Part shown: positions 1 through 13,067 of the stretch, one piece after another
Numbering within the stretch: the stretch's first letter is position 1
Layout of the letters: every line of letters starts with the position of its first letter
From: Eledone cirrhosa
Lineage: Eukaryota
Length of the DNA stretch: 64,000 nucleotides
Assembly (NCBI GenBank): GCA_964016885.1
Contig: OZ024740.1
Coordinates: forward strand, 1,674,001 to 1,738,000
Reading direction: 5' to 3'
Translations under genes and position numbers: made by a program
The notes under the pieces: generated by a model
Told to the model about the DNA's origin: nothing
The model's input: the letters and a program-made list of their open reading frames with translations, nothing else
Database searches by the model: none

Positions 1-362
1 TAGGCACCTCTTAACAAAAATACTCCCCCGTCCCACTACCCCCACCCCATCCACACCACCTCCTTTCAATGTAAAGCTATGTTGGTACCACAACATCCAG
101 TCCTAAATAAATGAGGTTGTGTAGGTGTCACGACAAAAAAACCCACAGTCCACGCTGTAATGTGGCCGTGTAGGTAACACGGTAAAAACCTCCCAGTACA
201 CACTGTAAACGTGGTTGGTGTTAGGAAGAGCATCCAGCCGTAGAAAACCCGCCAGACAGTCCTATACGAGCAAGACAATCACTCTTGCCTCAAGTGGGAC
301 AATTCCCGTCCAAACCCATGCAAGCGTGGAAGATGGACATTAAACGATGATGATGATGATGA
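1..362 (+). mobile_element. RTE-clade LINE 3' UTR fragment ending in (GAT)n
   Basis: Shares GTTGGTGTTAGGAAG(A/G)GCATCCAG and AACCCATGC(A/T)AGCGTGGAAGA...AAACGATGATGAT with the 3' end of the LINE at 25761-29441. Collinear with 43368-43628. Cut by the window edge. Confidence 0.85.
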
Positions 363-594
363 AGCTCTCATTTTGACTCCATTTTTTTTCCAATCTTGAA
401 AATGTAAATTAGTTTACTCTATAATTCCTTCTGATCTCTCAATTCCAATATCCTGAAATTTGATCTCATCAATATTTCTGATAGGTTCCTTGATCAGTTT
501 TAAGTAACATCCACTGTCAATATTTGACATAGTTATTTCTCATCACCATAGTCATCTTTTCCTGGACACTTCATCTTTTCACCTTAATATACAC

Positions 595-1262
595 CTCTCG
601 CTCCCTCTCTCTCCTCTCTCCCTCTCTCTCCTCTCTCTCTCCTCTCTCCCTCTCTCTCCTCTCTCCCCCTCCCTCTCTCTCTCTCCCTCCTCTCTCTCCC
701 TCCTCTCTCCTCTCTCTCTCTTCTTCTCTCCCCCTCTTTCTCTCTCCCGTTTCTCTCGCCTTTCTTCTCTCCCCCTCTTTCTCTCTCCCGTTTCTCTCGC
801 CTTTCTTCTCTCCTTCTCTCTCTCCTCTCACCCTCTCTCTCTTCTCTCCCCCTCTCTCTCTTCTCTCCCCCTCTCTCTCTTCTCTCCCCCTCTCTCTCTT
901 CTCTCCCTCTCTCTCTCTTCTCTCCCCCTCTCTCTCTTCTCTCCCCCTCTCTCTCCCCACTCTCCCCCTCTCTCTTCTCTCCCTCTCTCTCTCTTCTCTC
1001 CCTCTCTCTCTCTCTTCTCTCCCTCTCTCTCTCTCTTCTCTCCCTCTCTCTCTCTCTTCTCTCCCTCTCTCTTCTCCCCCCCTCTCTCTTCTCTCCCCCT
1101 CTCTCTCTTCTCTCTCTCTCTTCTCTCCCTTCTCTTCCTCTCTTCTCTTCCTCTCTTCTCTCCCTCTCTCTCTTCTCTCCCTCTTCTCTTCCTTCTCCCC
1201 CCCCTCTCTCCTCTCTCTCTCTCTCTCTCTCACCTTTCTTTCCCTCTCTCTTCTCCCTTCCT
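595..1262. repeat. (CT)n-rich polypyrimidine microsatellite
   Basis: Almost pure C/T tract. Source of the spurious RE-rich ORF. Confidence 0.95.
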
Positions 1263-3029
1263 CCTTAGATGGATTTTATCATTTCACTAAATAACAACCA
1301 ATGAAATAATAATGAGATATCATTAACTGTAAACCAACCGAAGCAGTGTTCCAGCATGGCCACAGTTTGATATTTTTTTCTTTGTTACTGTGACCAATAA
1401 CCATAATTAAAAAAAAAGATATATATATATTTTTTTTGTGTTGATTTTGTTTTACATCGTTCTTTTTCTTTTGTTTTGATTTGAGTTTTTTTTACCTAGT
1501 TTCCGTGTGTAGACCAATATTTTGGTATGGCATATTTAATAATCCATAATTAACTGTCACATATTGTATTTCACTTCAATACTTGCTTTTCCACATTTTA
1601 TTTCTCATAATTAAACATGTTAAAATTGTAATTTGTCAATTTTCTTGCAGTTTTTCTATGTTTCTTTCTATATATATATTTTTTTTCTTCTTCCATGCTA
1701 CATTTTTTCATGTCTGAAATCTTTCCCCAGACATTGCACAAATCTTTCTGTCATCATAAAAAACTGAAACTCTCAGGAGTGCTGGGAGACTAAAATGTGT
1801 TGTAATCACAATGCTATTTATTATTTTATGAAAGCAGACAGTGCTGGGATTACTGGCTGCTGTGTAGTAGCTGTGTAAGTGTGTATGTGTGTATTTGTGT
1901 AAGTGTGTGTGTATATATGTGTGTAGGTATAGATGTGGTAGTTTGGATAATACTTTCACATTCCTACTTAGTCTAAATAAATATCAGAGAACTAATGAGA
2001 ATTATTTTATAAGTTATAGTGAATTGAATTGTGATTAGTGTTTAGAACACAATGTCTTCCAGTTATTGTTCCAGCACTCTGCCTTCTCAGTTCAAATTCC
2101 TCCCTTGGTCAACTTCACCTAACAATGTTTCTTACATAAAATTAAGATTGAAGGTTTTTAGATAAACATAAACACTTTAAAAGCAAATTTTATATCAAAG
2201 AACCAGATGCAATTTCAGGCAGTTTGGTATCAAAAGAGTAAAATTCTTTGTAGTATTTTTACTCAGATTTCTGTGCTCTGAGTTGAAATCTTGACCCTTT
2301 TCACTGAGAAAATGGTAGCATAAGACTAAATCTCCTGTTGTTGACCCTTTCATCACCATATTTTTGATAAAATACACTGTATATGAATTGATCAATGAAG
2401 GATTTTGGAGGGATTTACTAAAATTATTTAATTATTGAGATGGTATTTATAAGATAACAAACAGATTTTTTTTTCATACAAAATTATGTTGGATGATTTT
2501 AATTTGAATGGATTGCTTTGTTTCATGGAACCAGAGGTGGTTTGGACCTGGTTGATATGAAGAGTTAAAGCACCCAACAAACTGCCTTTGAGATGAAACC
2601 TCACTAGTGGTCAGCTAATCACATGCAAGTATGAGATCTAATAACAAAATCCTGCCTGTAAGGCCTTGAGGAGTACTCGAGATTTTGTGTGTGTGTAGTG
2701 TTGGATTTTTCTTCATATTTCTGATACTGTGTGAAAGAAGTGGGTGAAATTTGAAGCCCATTGTTCTCACATCACAAATAAAGCTGTCTCCTGTAGTACT
2801 TTGGAAACCAACATCTGTTGAAAGCCAAAGAAGCTCTCCTATCCAAATGTTGTATCCAGAGACTCTGATGTTCATTTTCAGGATCTAGGCAATGTAATGA
2901 ATGACAGGCCTACATATAGATTTATCATTGAGTTTATTTCAGCTGAGGCCACAAGATGATGATGATGTAAGACTTTACAGTAAATTAATGAACATTACCT
3001 TTCTTATTAAGCCATAAGAAAAGGTCATT

Positions 3030-3311
3030 CGTCACCTGAAATGTTTGTAAACCGAAACTATTTTTCTCACACAAAATGTTGAGAGAGAGACTGTGTGTGA
3101 AAGACTAATAGATATCACTACAGTAACTAACTACACAGTAAGTAACGCTTTCCTGCTAATACTCCCAGCTTGTTGCCAACTGTTGTTTCCGGCTTGCGTG
3201 TTCGTTACTCGAAACACCATTTGTGAACCAAGAGATTTTATATTCAGAAAACTTGTTCAGGAACCGTTTTGTTCATAATGAGAGGCGTTCAGGAACCAAG
3301 GTTCCACTGTA
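3030..3311. mobile_element. Tc1/mariner (pogo/Tigger-like) non-autonomous DNA transposon remnant
   Basis: Right end ...GAACCAAGGTTCCACTG followed by TA resembles a CAGTGGAACC terminal repeat with a TA target. Internal GTTC...AACC sub-repeats. Left TIR not clearly found. Confidence 0.5.
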
Positions 3312-3812
3312 TCTTATATTTGCTTATGTCAAATGAAGTGACTCCTAAACTTTTGTTATAGAACCCATATTGTTTTCCAAAAATTACAGAACCTATACAG
3401 GTAATCCACAAGACTCTAATTTCAATATGCTATTAAATGAAATAAGATTGTTCGAAGGAGAGAATATATTTTTTATTATTTTGAATTTACCAAATTTTAC
3501 AAAAAAAAAGAGGATAGAACCAAAGAATGTTTTTCACAGAACCCAGTTTTGGGAAACACTCATGCAGTGTATTTATTGAGATGATTCTGTAGAGCATCAG
3601 TTACTGGTGTAATATAATTAGTGTGTTTAACAGTTTTAAGGGAAAGTGGTGGTGGTGGTGGGGGGCATAGTTTTTGGTAAAGTTTATTGAATAAATAACA
3701 GTTGTTGATAACTGAGATCAGAGAAGGCATACAATTACACACTCACACACACATACATGTGTATGTCCATCCATAAAGACATATATATATATACACACAC
3801 ACACATAAAGGT

Positions 3813-4131
3813 ATCATCATCATCATTTTATGTCTGCTTTTCCCACAAGGGTGGGATGGGAACTGATTCTGGCTTGATTTCTACAGCTGGATGCCCTTCC
3901 TAACACCAACTTCATTTACTTTTTTTTTTGCCGTGGCACCTCCACGACCACTTTACAGTGGAATGATAGGGACCCCAGTCCCTATCATCTCATTTCTACA
4001 GCTGAGTAAACTGGAGCAATGTGAAATAAAGTGTCTTGCTCAAGGAAACAATACATCACCCGGTCTGAGAATTGAACTCACAACCTTTCGATTGCAAGGC
4101 CAATGCTCTAACCACTAAGCCATGTGCCTCC
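3813..4131 (-). mobile_element. Full-length tRNA-derived SINE with RTE-derived tail
   Basis: Minus strand: A-box TGGCTTAGTGG, B-box GAGTTCAATTC, central core CCTTGAGCAAGACACTTTATTTCACATTGCTCCAG, an 11-bp hairpin, then the RTE 3' UTR motif and (GAT)n. Confidence 0.88.
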
Positions 4132-4134
4132 ATC

Positions 4135-4535
<401 letters not shown>

Positions 4536-4959
4536 AGACCTATATATTGCCTCTCACTCCCACCCTCGCATTAAGAGGATGCACTAAGGATCCTGTTTCT
4601 AAATAGTTGAAATATAAAATAAAAAACATGCAGGTCATGTGAAACCAAATCACTTACCCTACATATTTAATGTCACTGGTGGGCCCTTAGGGAGGAAATG
4701 GACAACTATTTAAGGATCACGGGATTATTTCCTCCCCCCACCCTTCCCTCGTCTACCTCCCTTTTTTTGTTTCATTTTCTAATGTTACTTTTATTACTTC
4801 AACAAGATTCCTGTTTTAAAAGTTCTCTGTTTTCTGTTCTTGTTCTCCATTGTTACCACCTGAGGCACCAAAGCTGATAGTGGTTCCCTTGGATATTGAT
4901 ATTTTGAGAGTTCCTACTCCTCCTTGTTAGGGTGCTAGTCTCATGCTAGAGGTTATGCA

Positions 4960-5152
4960 TTAAAACTTCATTTCATATTGCTCCAGTATACTCAGCTGAA
5001 AATGAGTACCAGCAATAGCTGGAGGTTTAACCCTGTGATGGACTGGCATTCTTTCCAGGGGATGTCGTGTACTCTCACTCACTTCATGCCACAGAAACCG
5101 GGATAAGCATCGACCTGATGAGCCTCTGAGCTTGAGACAGACTTTAGACTTT
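4960..5152 (+). mobile_element. SINE core and 3' half (different tail from the 3813 SINE)
   Basis: Same core (TTGCTCCAGT..ACTCAGCTG..AATGAG), then CCCTGTGATGGACTGGC...CAGAAACCGGGATAAG...CAGACTTT. Reverse copy at 13848-13960. Confidence 0.7.
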
Positions 5153-5775
5153 TATTTTAGAGTTTATACATACCAGTGCACAGCTAGCCAAAAAAAAAAA
5201 CTAATCAGTTTGTTTTTTTAAGCTTGTGAGTATGAAAATTGACAGAAAAGAAATAGTTGGGAGTTGTACTGAGTTGAATAATAGAAAATATTTCTTACTA
5301 CATCAGTGAAACGTACCTTGGCTTGCTGCTATACTATATACTATATACTATCTCCTATATTGTAACTCAGTCCTGTAAATTACTGGTAATAATGGGGAAC
5401 TCATATGTGGCTCTATTTTATTAAAAGATTTTTAAAAATCTGTACATGAAAAGCCACATGCAACTTATTAACCACATTTTGCTGTCGGTTTCAAATATTA
5501 AATAAGAAAGGTAAAATATTTTAAACTGAAAAACTTAAGTTTTACTAAGTCAGAAAAAGGATAGTTCTGCTGCTATGAGGAAAAGGGCTGTGCCTACTAT
5601 ACAGAAAAAGAACTGGTAGAAACTACATACTGTTGTAGATAGTGCAGACTATAGATGCACAAGAAATATAGTGGGATCACGTGTAGGATGCCAGGTAGAC
5701 CTTGTGTTGAACAAGTGCACAGGACTAGTCAATTGTATAGTTACTCATAAAATATACTCCATCAAATGTTTAGAA

Positions 5776-6068
5776 AGAGCCGCTACTTATCCAAATTGAG
5801 AGATCACAGCTCCGATACTATGGACATGTGGTTAGAATGTCTCAAGAAAGAATTGCTAGACAGATTTTACGGGCAAAACCAACTGGCGGGAAACCCAGGG
5901 GTAGACCCCGAGCAAGATGGTTGGAGAACATCCATGAGCTTGGCTGGTCTCACTTGGGGATCCAGCCAGATCAGTTGGAGATGGTTGTTTGTGTCAGGAT
6001 CTGCTGGAAGGAGTGTTTGAGGACTTTGTCTCTAGGAACCTCTCAGGAATAAATGGGCGAAGAAGAAG
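5776..6068 (+). mobile_element. 5'-truncated LINE 3' end (second RTE-like family) with (GAA)n tail and 12-bp TSD
   Basis: Encodes ...RYYGHVVRMSQERIARQILRAKPTGGKPRGRPRARW..., a typical LINE C-terminus. Flanked by AAATGTTTAGAA at 5764-5775 and 6069-6080. Confidence 0.88.
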
Positions 6069-6119
6069 AAATGTTTAGAAGGCTCACTAGGAGTAGTAAA
6101 AAGCTTTTGTTGTTTAGAT

Positions 6120-6418
6120 CAGTGCTACTCAAAGTAGTGGTCCGTGGACCGGTGCCGGTACACGAGCCATCAGCGGCCAGTGTCCAGACCATGCTAAGGA
6201 ATCATTTGAGGAATTTTTTTAATTACTTTTTTATATATTTTGATATTGTATTATTTGTTTACAAAATAAATAGAAGATAAAAATATGGTCAACTATTATT
6301 ATATTCATTATATATATCGTTTCCGGTATAAATTAATATTACTACGAAATATTAGCGGTACGTGGCACATTAAAAAAAAAATGGCAGTCTGCCACATCAG
6401 ATAGTTTGAGATGCACTG
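6120..6418. mobile_element. hAT (Charlie/Buster-type) MITE
   Basis: TIRs CAGTGCTACTCAAA and TTTGAGATGCACTG. 8-bp TSD GTTTAGAT/CTTTAGAT. Splits the old RTE reading frame. Confidence 0.88.
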
Positions 6419-6914
6419 CTTTAGATGACCTGATTAGCAGTGGAAGTAGGTGTACTGAAAGTGTTGTGCCCAGAGTGAGAACTGGTTGGAAGAATTTCAG
6501 GAAGTGGCTACCTCTACTGACAACAAAAAGGCTTCTCTCTCAGTGTGAAGGGCAGATTATATGATGTTTGTGTGTCAACTGCTATAACAGCAGGACATGA
6601 GGTTTGAGTACAGAAGATTTTCAGTGGCTAAGCTAGAATGAGACATCTCTGCTCTGCTTGATATTAGCATAAGTGGACAGTAGAGGACGAGTGACCTGAG
6701 AGTTCAGTACAAGAGGAATGTAGTTAGAGAGATGTGCTTGTATGGTCATATGATGTGTAAAGTTGTATAAAGAAGTGTCACTAGTTTGTTTGTAACTCAG
6801 TACTGTTGTTAATAACTATTAAAGTTAGTGGAACATCTTGCCTAAAACCCTTTCCATGCCAATACAATACCTCACTACTGTACACAATAATATTTATTTT
6901 TCATTATTATATTT

Positions 6915-7085
6915 CTACTGTGCTTTACATTCTAAGTTCAAATCCCACTGAGGTTAGCCTTACCTTTCATTCTTACAGGGTCAATAAAATAAAGTACCAG
7001 TAATTCACTGGGGTCGATTTAATTGACTTTCCACTCCCCCACAAAATAAAAATTACTGGCAATGTGCCTAAGTAGAAATTATTAT
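6915..7085 (+). mobile_element. tRNA-derived SINE fragment (octopus-type family)
   Basis: B-box GTTCAAATCCC followed by GAGGT...TTT(G/A)CCTTTCAT...GGGGTC(G/A)ATAAAATAAAGTACCAGT, which recurs across the window. Confidence 0.75.
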
Positions 7086-7602
7086 ATTTCTAATGAAAGA
7101 CACTGGCCTATTATTTTTAAATAATTTAGAAAATAAGAATTTGAAGAGATAATAATATAGATAAACATTTATTAAGCCAGTATTTGGAACATAACTTAAC
7201 AAATTATAATGAAAAGTTTTTAGATGAATATAAATACTTTAAAATAAACAGCTTTGTCTTGTAGTATCCTGGTTTGAAGCAGTTTCGTCTCAAAACAGTT
7301 AATATCTGTAAGATCTACTTTCAGTATCAATTCATTAATTTTTCTTCCTCTTCTTCTCTCTAATTGCTCACATACTCCTGCTAGAGAACAAAATAACTCA
7401 AACAAATTCTCAATGCCATTGGAAGCAGCTTCATTCATTTTACAGCAGACATAAATAATTAACGTTTATTTTTAGATTTTTGAAGGGCAAATCAATAAAG
7501 AAGGAGAACAAGAACTGGAATAGTAAGAACCAGATGACTGTTCCAACCATCACCTGCCTCCCTCTCAGATTTAATAACTTTTATTATTGTCTGTGTGTGC
7601 TT

Positions 7603-7912
7603 AAGGGCGGTGGATTGGCAGAACCGGTAGAGCATCAGACGACAAGCTTTGCTGCATACACTGCAGGAGATGACTGAGGAAGAGGTTGGTGACAAACTAT
7701 AGAAAACAGTGACCAGCTTTCTAAGATTCACAATACTTGTTGTGTATATGTAGCGAATTCGCTACTTTCCACCATAGTTACGTCCCTTTACGGTCTGAGT
7801 TCAAATCCCGTCGAGGTTAACTTTGCCTTTCATCCTTACGGGGTCGATAAAATAAAGTACCAGTAATGCGCTGGGTATTTGCTGGCCTTGTGCCAAAAGT
7901 AGAAACAATTTT
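7603..7912 (+). mobile_element. tRNA-derived SINE apparently split by a ~120-bp insertion
   Basis: Head AAGGGCGGTGGATTGGCAGAACCGGTAGAGC at 7603 and B-box/core at 7790-7865. The copy at 44716 has these parts contiguous. Confidence 0.65.
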
Positions 7913-7983
7913 TGTGTTTGTGTGAATATATTTATACTTGTGAGAGTATATGTGTGTTTTCATGTTTATATTTATATACTCAT

Positions 7984-8057
<74 letters not shown>

Positions 8058-8315
8058 GCACACCAAGATGTTATCTTGGTTATCTATGTTAGCTGCGGAT
8101 AGTTTATCCACAAAGAAGTTTGAGATGAAAGAATTATTAAACTTAAAACTTGGTTTTGTACCCTTTTTATATCTAAAATACTACAATTAGCTGCCTTTTT
8201 TTATTGCAAGGGGCCAACTAGAATATATATATATATTGTTTGTATATATATATGTGTGTGTGTGTGTGTGCATGTATACATATGTATGTGTGTGTGTATA
8301 TATATATATATATAT

Positions 8316-8756
8316 CATCATCATCGTCATCGTTTAACATCTATCTTCCATGCTAGCATGGGTTAGACGGGAATTGTCCCACTTGAGGCAAGATTGGTCA
8401 GGTGACTGTGTTTCGCTAGTATAGGACTGTATTGCAGGTTTTCTACGGCTGGATGCCCTTCCTAACACCAACCACATTTACAGTGTGGACTGGGAGGTTT
8501 TTACCGTGTTACCTACACGGCCACATTACAGCGTGGACTGTGTGTTTTTGTTGTGACACCTACACAACCTTATTAGTTTGGACTGGATGTTGTGGTACCA
8601 ACTTTACAGAGAAAGAGTGGTGTTGGTGGGAGTGGGAGGATGGAGTTGGGGTGTATATTTGGTATAAGGCAGGTCTTCTGTATTACTGCGTGCTGCCATA
8701 GTTCTCGGTCCCGTGACATTGTCTAAGAGAGATGCAAGTGTGTAAGGTCAGAATTT
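8316..8756 (-). mobile_element. RTE LINE 3' fragment in a (TA)n tract
   Basis: (CAT)n tail, 3' UTR and the last codons of the RTE ORF. TA runs on both sides. Confidence 0.85.
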
Positions 8757-9128
8757 ATATATATATATGCCACTCTCCTTTCTCTTTGTTACTCTCTCAT
8801 GTATGTGCTTTTATACTTTTCTTACTATATCAAGTGTTAAACTAATATATATATATCTTCATTCTACTGTATTGTTTAGCTGTATTATTTTCCATTTATT
8901 TTCTGCATATGCACACACATATAAACACATTGGTCCTGCAAACCAAAGATGTGGCTTTGTGTCCCATGTACATCAATACTCATCCTTTTTTCCATTCAGA
9001 GGGTTTTTTAAAATTCCAACTAACAGACTAATTTTATTTAGTCAAATACGCCGTAAGCACATGTTACTACCTAATTTTCTAGCTGTTTTTAAACAAAGCC
9101 TGCTTTGTGTCTCCCTATATATATATAT

Positions 9129-9459
9129 TCATTTAGGTTTGTTGGTCATTCCGTATAGTCAACCGTGATGTAATATTAGGAAAAGCATTCAACGTAATCT
9201 TCAACTCAGCCATCTTCGTTTTTGTTGAATCTTGTTGGTGGTGCAAGAACAAAGTTAGTTATTATTGAGTAAAAAGACAGGAGGCTGGACTGGTGAAATT
9301 CCTTAAAGATTTATTACAAACACTGCACATTTCAATGACTGGGCTCTGATGATGTCACCGGGTTCCTACAGAGCCCTGTCATTGAAATGTGCATAGTGTT
9401 TGTAATAAATCTTTAAGGAATTTCACCAGTCCAGCCTCCTGTCATTTTACTCAATAATA
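9129..9459. mobile_element. (TA)n-flanked fold-back element A with hammerhead core
   Basis: Inverted arms 9260-9348 and 9369-9459, unique extension 9129-9259, TA runs on both sides. Confidence 0.8.
9346..9402 (+). ncRNA. Partial minimal type-I hammerhead ribozyme (5' strand of stem I missing)
   Basis: CTGATGA at 9346-9352, imperfect stem II, GAAA at 9384-9387, near-palindromic stem III ATGTGCAT, AUA triplet ending at 9395. Confidence 0.55.
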
Positions 9460-9747
9460 TATATATATATATATATATTATTGAGAATATTGTAGTGAAA
9501 TTGATGTATTCATATATATATATATATATATTTACCATTTTCGTGTAAGTTTTTTGCTTACTTTCCTATTTTTCTTGTATCTTTATATCTACACATGGTT
9601 CTGGATACATTGTGTCTGGGTAATATTAACCAATATCTACGCGCTGGCCTCTTCTTTTCACAACTGTTTTGTCATTGACCGATTGCCAGACAATATTATC
9701 AATATTTTGTGTATTGATCAAACTTATTCTTATATATACCATTATCT

Positions 9748-9892
9748 TCATCATCATCATTGCATCCGTTTTTCTACTCTTGCATGGGTTGGATGGATCC
9801 TTTTCAGCACAGCATCTCTCCACTTACTGCATTCCTATGTCATCTCCTCTGTGAGTCTCATCAACTTAAGATCAGCTCTCACCACCTCTGCC
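9748..9892 (-). mobile_element. RTE 3' stub (short-tail subfamily)
   Basis: Matches 20112-20275 (CAGCACAGCATCTCTC...TCAGCTCTCACCACCTC). (CAT)n tail. Confidence 0.8.
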
Positions 9893-9932
<40 letters not shown>

Positions 9933-10619
9933 CCAGTACAAAAATAGATATTTAATCAGTAACCTGAGGTGCACCCATGAGAGGAGATCGTCTGTGTGGA
10001 GTAGTCCAGAATGGGTAACTTTTCAAACTTAGTCGCTTTGATTAAACAAAACTGCACGGGGTGAATATTGACTCTGTAAGCCATCGCAAAGCAACCTGTC
10101 TAAGAGAGCAGTCACTCTAAATAAATAAGACTGCACAGAATAGACATGGATTCTGTAAGCTGTGGTGAATGGCAAAGCATCTAGGAGAGCAGATACTTTG
10201 AATAAAAATTAATACAAGTTAGAGAGGGCCCTTGCCTTTAAGTTTTGACAGACAATCTCTCACCTAACACTCTAACAACACTGTTATCTCACTACCACCT
10301 CCACCTAACACTCTAGTAACTCTGTTACCTCACCACCTTCATTCATTACTCACCTCTAAATACAGTGTTTTCTTTTAATTTCATTTAATTTTAACTTATC
10401 TGCACAACTTGGTTAGGGAAGAGAATGGGGTGGACTACACTAAAAGAATTTTTTTAAATGTTAACTCTTTGAATGCAAGTCTTGATTTTGGTATTTTAAT
10501 GCCCCAGGCCAGGATTACATGTTGATTCTTTTCATTTTTCAAAATAAAATGAAGAGTTATTTTGATCAAATTTACTTTATTTATGACATCTGGATGAATG
10601 CTTTACAAACTAAACTAAA

Positions 10620-11506
10620 ACATAGCAGTACATCTTTGGCACACAAGTTGCAGGAGCTAAAATATATACCAGTACATCTTTGGCACACATGTTGTAGGAG
10701 CTAAAATATATACCAGTACATCTTTGGCACACATGTAGGAGCTGAAAGATATAACAGTACATCTTTGGCACACATGTAGGAGCTGAAAGATATAACAGTA
10801 CATCTTTGGCACACATGTAGGAGCTGAAAGATATAACAGTACATCTTTGGCACACATGTAGGAGCTGAAATATATAACAGTACATCTTTGGCACACAAGT
10901 TGTAGGAGCTGAAAGATATACCAGTGTATATTTGGCACACATGTTGTAGGAGCTGAAAGATATACCAGTGCATCTTTGGCACACATGTAGGAGCTGAAAG
11001 ATATAACAGTACATCTTTGGCACACAAGTTGTAGGAGCTGAAAGATATACCAGTACATCTTTGGCACACAAGTTGTAGGAGCTGAAAGATATACCAGTAC
11101 ATCTTTGGCACACAAGTTGTAGGAGCTGAAAGATATACCAGTGTATATTTGGCACACAAGTTGTAGGAGCTGAAAGATATACCAGTGTATATTTGGCCCA
11201 CAAGTTGTAGGAGCTGAAAGATATACCAGTACATCTTTGGCACACAAGTTGTAGGAGCTAAAAGATATACCAGTGTATATTTGGCACACATGTTGTAGGA
11301 GCTGAAAGATATAGCAGTGTATATTTGGCACACATGTTGTAGGAGCTGAAAGATATACCAGTGTATATTTGGCACACATGTTGTAGGAGCTGAAAGATAT
11401 AGCAGTGTATATTTGGCACACATGTTGTAGGAGCTGAAAGATATACCAGTGTATATTTGGCACACATGTTGTAGGAGCTGAAAGATATAGCAGTGTATAT
11501 TTGGCA
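10620..11506. repeat. 44/41-bp minisatellite, ~21 units
   Basis: Unit CAGTACATCTTTGGCACACAAGTTGTAGGAGCTGAAAGATATAC, with a 3-bp-shorter variant. Confidence 0.95.
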
Positions 11507-12639
11507 CTCAGAGAGTCAAGAAGAATAAAACAAAAAGCCTAAAATGCGGACATGAATGATGTCTCTCGTGAAAGTAAAACTAGTAATTATTGTCCAGTTA
11601 GTTTTCATTAAGTTTAGTGAAATCTTAACTTTCTCTCTGGCTGTTTGACAACAGAAGTTGTTGTTTCTGGGTGTGGGTTTGTAAAGAGAAGACCTACACA
11701 TAAATTGGACAACAATGCACTGGGAACATTTCACAGTGACCAGTCACACTAATTAATCCAGGAAAATGGTCAGTGGAAAGGAGGAGAGGGTTGTTTTGTT
11801 GGTTTTTTTTCTCAATTTTTATGTTGATGATCAAATGGCGACATCATATATACAGGGGACTCTTCTGTGTAATCAAGGACATGCCAACTTCTTTAGGGGC
11901 TGGTGCCATGATAAAATACATGCAGGACATACTGTGAGCTGGTTGGCCATCACACAGTGACAGCAGAGAGTAGAGAAGATTCTTTAGTATAGTCAAAGAC
12001 ATGACAACTTCTCTAGGGTTGGTGCCATGATAAAATGCACTCAGCACATTCTGTAAAGTGGTTGACCATTACACAATGACAGCATTGAATGCTGGGGCCA
12101 AAACAAAATGTATCCAGTACACCCTGTAAAGTAGTTAGGAAAGACATGCACCATATAAATCAACATTTGGAACATACTAGCATTGTGTTATTTCCCAACC
12201 AATCTAGAAATTCAGTAATTCCAAATAAAATCTGACATTGATTGGAACGACTCACCCAAACTTTGTCAGACGTAAGATGATGATTATGTTCCTCTTGAAA
12301 CACACACACACATACATATGCACACATATACACATATACATGCACACATACATACTCACACACATAGACGCATACACACACATGCACACACTCACACACA
12401 CAAACAGACATATACACATATTCAATAATATCAATTATATCTGATTGATATCATAATCTTGTGAATTGAATGTCCTTTTGTTATTGATTTACTATTTAAA
12501 AAAAAATTATATTGCTGTGAATGGTATGGGGGTGGGGGCGTATAATCTATATTAAGAATACATAGTAATCTATATTGATTTTAGCAACATCAAATTGTTG
12601 TTCAGAACATGTCTAGTTTGATTAGACATTTTCATTAGC

Positions 12640-12674
12640 TCTGTCTCTCTACCTTTCTCTTTCTCTCTCTCTAC

Positions 12675-12716
<42 letters not shown>

Positions 12717-13008
12717 CTTTCTCCTTCTCTCTCTCTTTACTTTTCTCCTTCTCTCTCTCTACCTTTCTCCTTCTCTCTCTCTCTCTCTACCTTTCTCCTC
12801 TCTCTCTACCTTTCTCCTCTCTCTCTACCTTTCTCCTCTCTCTCTACCTTTCTCCTCTCTCTCTACCTTTCTCTCTCTCTCTACCTTTCTCCTCTCTCTC
12901 TCTACCTTTCTCCTTCTCTCTCTCTCTACCTTTCTCATTCTCTCTCTCTCTACCTTTCTCCTCTCTCTCTCTACCTTTCTCCTCTCTCTCTCTACCTTTC
13001 TCCTTCTC
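12640..13008. repeat. CT-rich minisatellite, CTACCTTTCTC(CT)n units
   Basis: Direct reading of the sequence. Confidence 0.93.
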
Positions 13009-13035
13009 GTATATATGTATGTATGTATTTATATA

Positions 13036-13064
<29 letters not shown>

Positions 13065-13067
<3 letters not shown>

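Larger units (their letters stand above)
5380..6785 (+). mobile_element. Old, degenerate RTE LINE fragment interrupted by two younger insertions
   Basis: 6081-6119 joined to 6427 onward reads GSLGVVKSFCCLD/DLISSGSRCTESVVPRVRTGWKNFR...VKGRLYDVCV. This matches GSVETVDSFCYLGDRISNGGGCSESTITRVRTGWKKFR...MKGRLYDACI in the 29817-31034 ORF. Left boundary approximate. Confidence 0.75.

Noticed and set aside
571-1233. 220-aa Arg/Glu-rich ORF
   Set aside because: Translation of a (GA)n microsatellite.
3335-3562. Possible hAT remnant ending GAACCCAGTTTTGGGAAACACT
   Set aside because: Only one TIR-like end and no TSD found. Too weak to list as a feature.
4055-4131. tRNA gene
   Set aside because: The tRNA-like head continues into a SINE core and LINE tail, and no proper acceptor stem is evident.
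5110-5150. CTGATGA-GCCTCTGAGCTT-GAGA as a hammerhead
   Set aside because: GAGA rather than GAAA, and no stem I or III. It is part of a SINE tail.
7220-7438. 72-aa non-repetitive ORF as a host exon
   Set aside because: No recognisable domain or clear splice pair. It cannot be supported without homology or RNA data.
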